Source: Mayamaea pseudoterrestris (lineage: Eukaryota). From it: DNA of 64,000 nt. Shown piece after piece: positions 61,356 through 64,000 of the stretch. The position numbers and the translations under genes are program-made. The stretch lies in assembly GCA_027923505.1 (NCBI GenBank), contig BROI01000013.1, forward strand, positions 620,001 through 684,000, written 5' to 3'. The notes under the pieces were generated by a model. It did no database searches. It worked only from the letters and a program-made list of their open reading frames with translations, and was not told the DNA's origin. Position 1 is the first letter of the stretch. Each line of letters opens with the position of its first letter.

Positions 61356-61768
61356 CGGCATAGAATAGTGTTTTGCGCGAGTTTAGCTACTGGACAGCCA
61401 CACGATCCATGGACCGTTCAGTGCGGAGCGAAAGCGAAAGCTCGTCGATTCTGCTGCGTATCGAATTGTCAAGCACATAGCTTAATGAGCCATTAGAAAC
61501 ATGCTTATTAAAATCGAGTGTGCATATATCGAGTATGTGAAGGTAAGGTTATTGGAGACCAGCTCTTGGCAACAGGGAAGAAGGTTCGGCCGAAGTGCTC
61601 ATGTTTATCAGTGTGCCACGTAGCTACATCCAACTAGCATGCTACCAAAACTAGCCGCAGTTCAATATATGTTAATGTCATTAGCTCAAATCATTTTTAT
61701 ACCTGTTGTGTGAAGTCTGTTTGCAGCCAGGGCTATGGACAAAAGCCGACGCCAAATTCAATACAATT

Positions 61769-62720
61769 CTACTTTGATTCCGCCGGATGCGTATTGGTCA
61801 AGACGGCTCCACTCGACGGCGGAATGGACGCCACCAAGTCCGAATCATGCTCCGCCTCCAATACCAAAATCTCCTCGCGCTTGCACTCCTTTTTCGCTTG
61901 AATGACGGCAATGTCCTTGCGGGCGCCGTCAAAGAGCGCTCGAATCTTCGCCTCCTTTTCCGTGACACTTAACGAGTCGTTCGCTTCAAGTTCCTCCATG
62001 AGATCATAAATTTCAATGCCAAAGCCTTGCTTGCGCGTCTTGATTTCTCGGTCCAGCAAGACAATGTCCGTCTGAAACAAGAGTTTAACGACATGAGTGG
62101 GATAGGCAGCGTCGCATAACCAAATGCAGGGGCAGCTCCAGTGATCAAAGTCGACGAAACAGAGCATGGATGGAATGCAAGTGAATCAAGACGAGTTGCG
62201 CGTAACGCAATCTGCCTCCTGGTGTTTTGCTCTAGCGGTTCAAGAGACTCTTGACGATGCAGGGCAAGATGCGTCCGCCAAGCTAGCTAGAGTAGCAGTA
62301 TTTGATTACGAAATTGCCTTGACTCGAGCTCATGGTGGAGTCCAGTCATTCATACGTCGCTTGCAATAAATGATCCAAAGTAACTAAACCAGTCATGGTC
62401 CATCGTTGTAACGCTCGACAATACGAATACATGGAAGCGAAACGTCGCTGGCGTTCGCGAAACGACAAACATGGCGCAGCTCTCTCTCGAGTGAAGCATG
62501 CTCTCAAGTAGACGAGGACCAAAGAACGGCTCGCAAAGCCTTCTCGTCTCTTTCCGTTTCATGTTCAATAACGCTCTCCGCTCTCAGCAATAACGAGACT
62601 TGCTGCTGCAGCAACTAGCGCGCGCATCCAACGCATGCGGCAACTCACCTTGAGCATGGTCTTGGCGCCAGCATCCACAACGCCCTTGGAAGCCTTTTTC
62701 AGCTTGTCAAAGAGACTCAT
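61769..62720 (-). CDS. Small coiled-coil hypothetical protein (124 aa); intron 62648-62072
   Basis: MSLFDKLKKASKGVVDAGAKTMLK|GTGAGT ... tttCAG|TDIVLLDREIKTRKQGFGIEIYDLM; the frame is preserved. Confidence 0.75.
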
Positions 62721-63274
62721 GGTGGAATGAATCAAAAATCTATTCTTCTTGTTGCTAATGCGAGTAATGGCTGTATCGTTGGTTCGTTGATACTTGCAGC
62801 GGAAGCCTTTCTGCGGTCGCCGTCGCCATGGTGACGAGAGCCGTTAATGACTGGAATTAGCGCTAGCCCTATGTAGGTTGTGCAGTTTAGCTATGTCATC
62901 TTGGACAGCGACCATACTCGAGCCGATTGGTGCTGCCACCCGTAGCTCTTATCCTCTCTTCTGAAGTAATACGATACATTTGCAGCACCCATTTGAATAA
63001 AAAATAGCATGTAGGCTTTGCGTTAATGGTGAAATTTCATCTTTCAAGGCTCGGATCATCTGCATGATGAGGAGCGACCCGAGCGACCTTTTGGTCTGGC
63101 CTTTTTGACCTTCGCGCGATACCTCCTTTCGAAATAGACAGAGACAACGATTTGCTACTTGACTCTACAGCCGCCCTTGTATCGCGTGCGTATCTACGGA
63201 CAAAAAGTAGCTAGCAATATTGCAATGCCGCAAGAAAACTGCAGCTACTACAAGTATGCTCATACACATTTTAG

Positions 63275-64000
63275 TTACTCCTCCATATGCTCCTCCTCGT
63301 CATCATCATCATCTGCTTCCAGCTGCTCCTTGGCCCACGTCTTGGCATTCTCCAAAACATCCTTTGGAACATATTGATGCTCCCAATTGGTCGCTTGACT
63401 CAACCAACTCACTTCCAGTTCCAGCGGCTTGCCTTCGTTTTCCGACTGCTCCTGAAACAGCATGGTCAAAATCTTGACCGCTTGCTTGACCGCATCGCTG
63501 CAACTAACCCGCGATTCTGGCTTGTGCAGATTCAACTTTTCCAGTTCCGTCTTGGCCGCCTGCTTGCCCTTGCCGGCGGCAACTCCATAGTAAGAGTACG
63601 CTGCACCGTTCGGCTCGACCATGTACAATCCCGCTTGATCCGCATCTTGATCATGCGCCGCCAGCAGACAGGCCGCTCCAAACGGCCGCAGCGCGCCGTG
63701 CAGCGTAAAGTAGTGCACGTAGGCCGCCAATCGATCCGCCAGCACCATGGGCGCAATGGGCGATCCGTAAAACTCGTTATAGTCGAAGCATTCCTCCATG
63801 GCGCGACTCACCAACTGACGCGCGTCCGGCAAATTGCCGGTGCTCGCCATGCCAACGTGTTTGGAAACGTGGTGAATGCGCTTGTAGCTGCCCGTGCTGC
63901 TGACAACGAGCTTGTGCAAAACGGGTTTACTCACGGCCAAGACGACACCGTCGGTGGCCAAGATGCCAATCATGGTGGAGGCATTGTCGACGGCCTTGCC
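63275..64000 (-). CDS. PSMA3: 20S proteasome alpha-7 subunit (PSMA3/PRE10 type), 5' end outside the window
   Basis: KAVDNASTMIGILATDGVVLAV, YVHYFTLHGALRPFG, LYMVEPNG, GKGKQAAKTELEKL, ELEVSW, acidic tail. Confidence 0.93.
   Translation of the reverse strand, partial: GKAVDNASTMIGILATDGVVLAVSKPVLHKLVVSSTGSYKRIHHVSKHVGMASTGNLPDARQLVSRAMEECFDYNEFYGSPIAPMVLADRLAAYVHYFTLHGALRPFGAACLLAAHDQDADQAGLYMVEPNGAAYSYYGVAAGKGKQAAKTELEKLNLHKPESRVSCSDAVKQAVKILTMLFQEQSENEGKPLELEVSWLSQATNWEHQYVPKDVLENAKTWAKEQLEADDDDDEEEHMEE

Noticed and set aside
57349..64000. mRNA-decay/proteostasis cluster (PDCD4, LSM1, PSMA3)
   Set aside because: Housekeeping genes in a compact genome; no shared regulatory motif seen.

Overview
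Eukaryotic nuclear DNA, almost certainly from a diatom (inferred from short GT-AG introns, a bipartite plastid-targeting presequence, a silaffin-like KxxK protein, RXL-containing secreted precursors and DUF6824-type proteins). About 23 protein-coding loci lie on both strands, including RPS28, L-aspartate oxidase, plastid GluRS with a C-terminal tRNA-binding domain, a cyclophilin-like protein, a rhodanese, a PKG-like kinase, a membrane-anchored phytochelatin-synthase-like protein, a Zn2Cys6 factor, two Tudor/zinc-finger paralogs, a PDCD4-like MA3 protein, LSM1 and proteasome alpha-7. They are interrupted by a ~16.6 kb array of ~98 copies of a 169-bp, palindrome-rich satellite with higher-order structure. 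Highlights: (1) an unlisted ~34-38 aa microprotein made almost entirely of a PDCD4-type KKxxGGAGGKGxW ribosome-binding-like motif, directly upstream of the PDCD4-like gene; (2) the satellite, plus a solo diverged copy 15 kb away that resembles both array ends; (3) tandem secreted precursors with an RXL-flanked Cys-rich peptide. All family assignments are by-eye motif recognition, not database searches.
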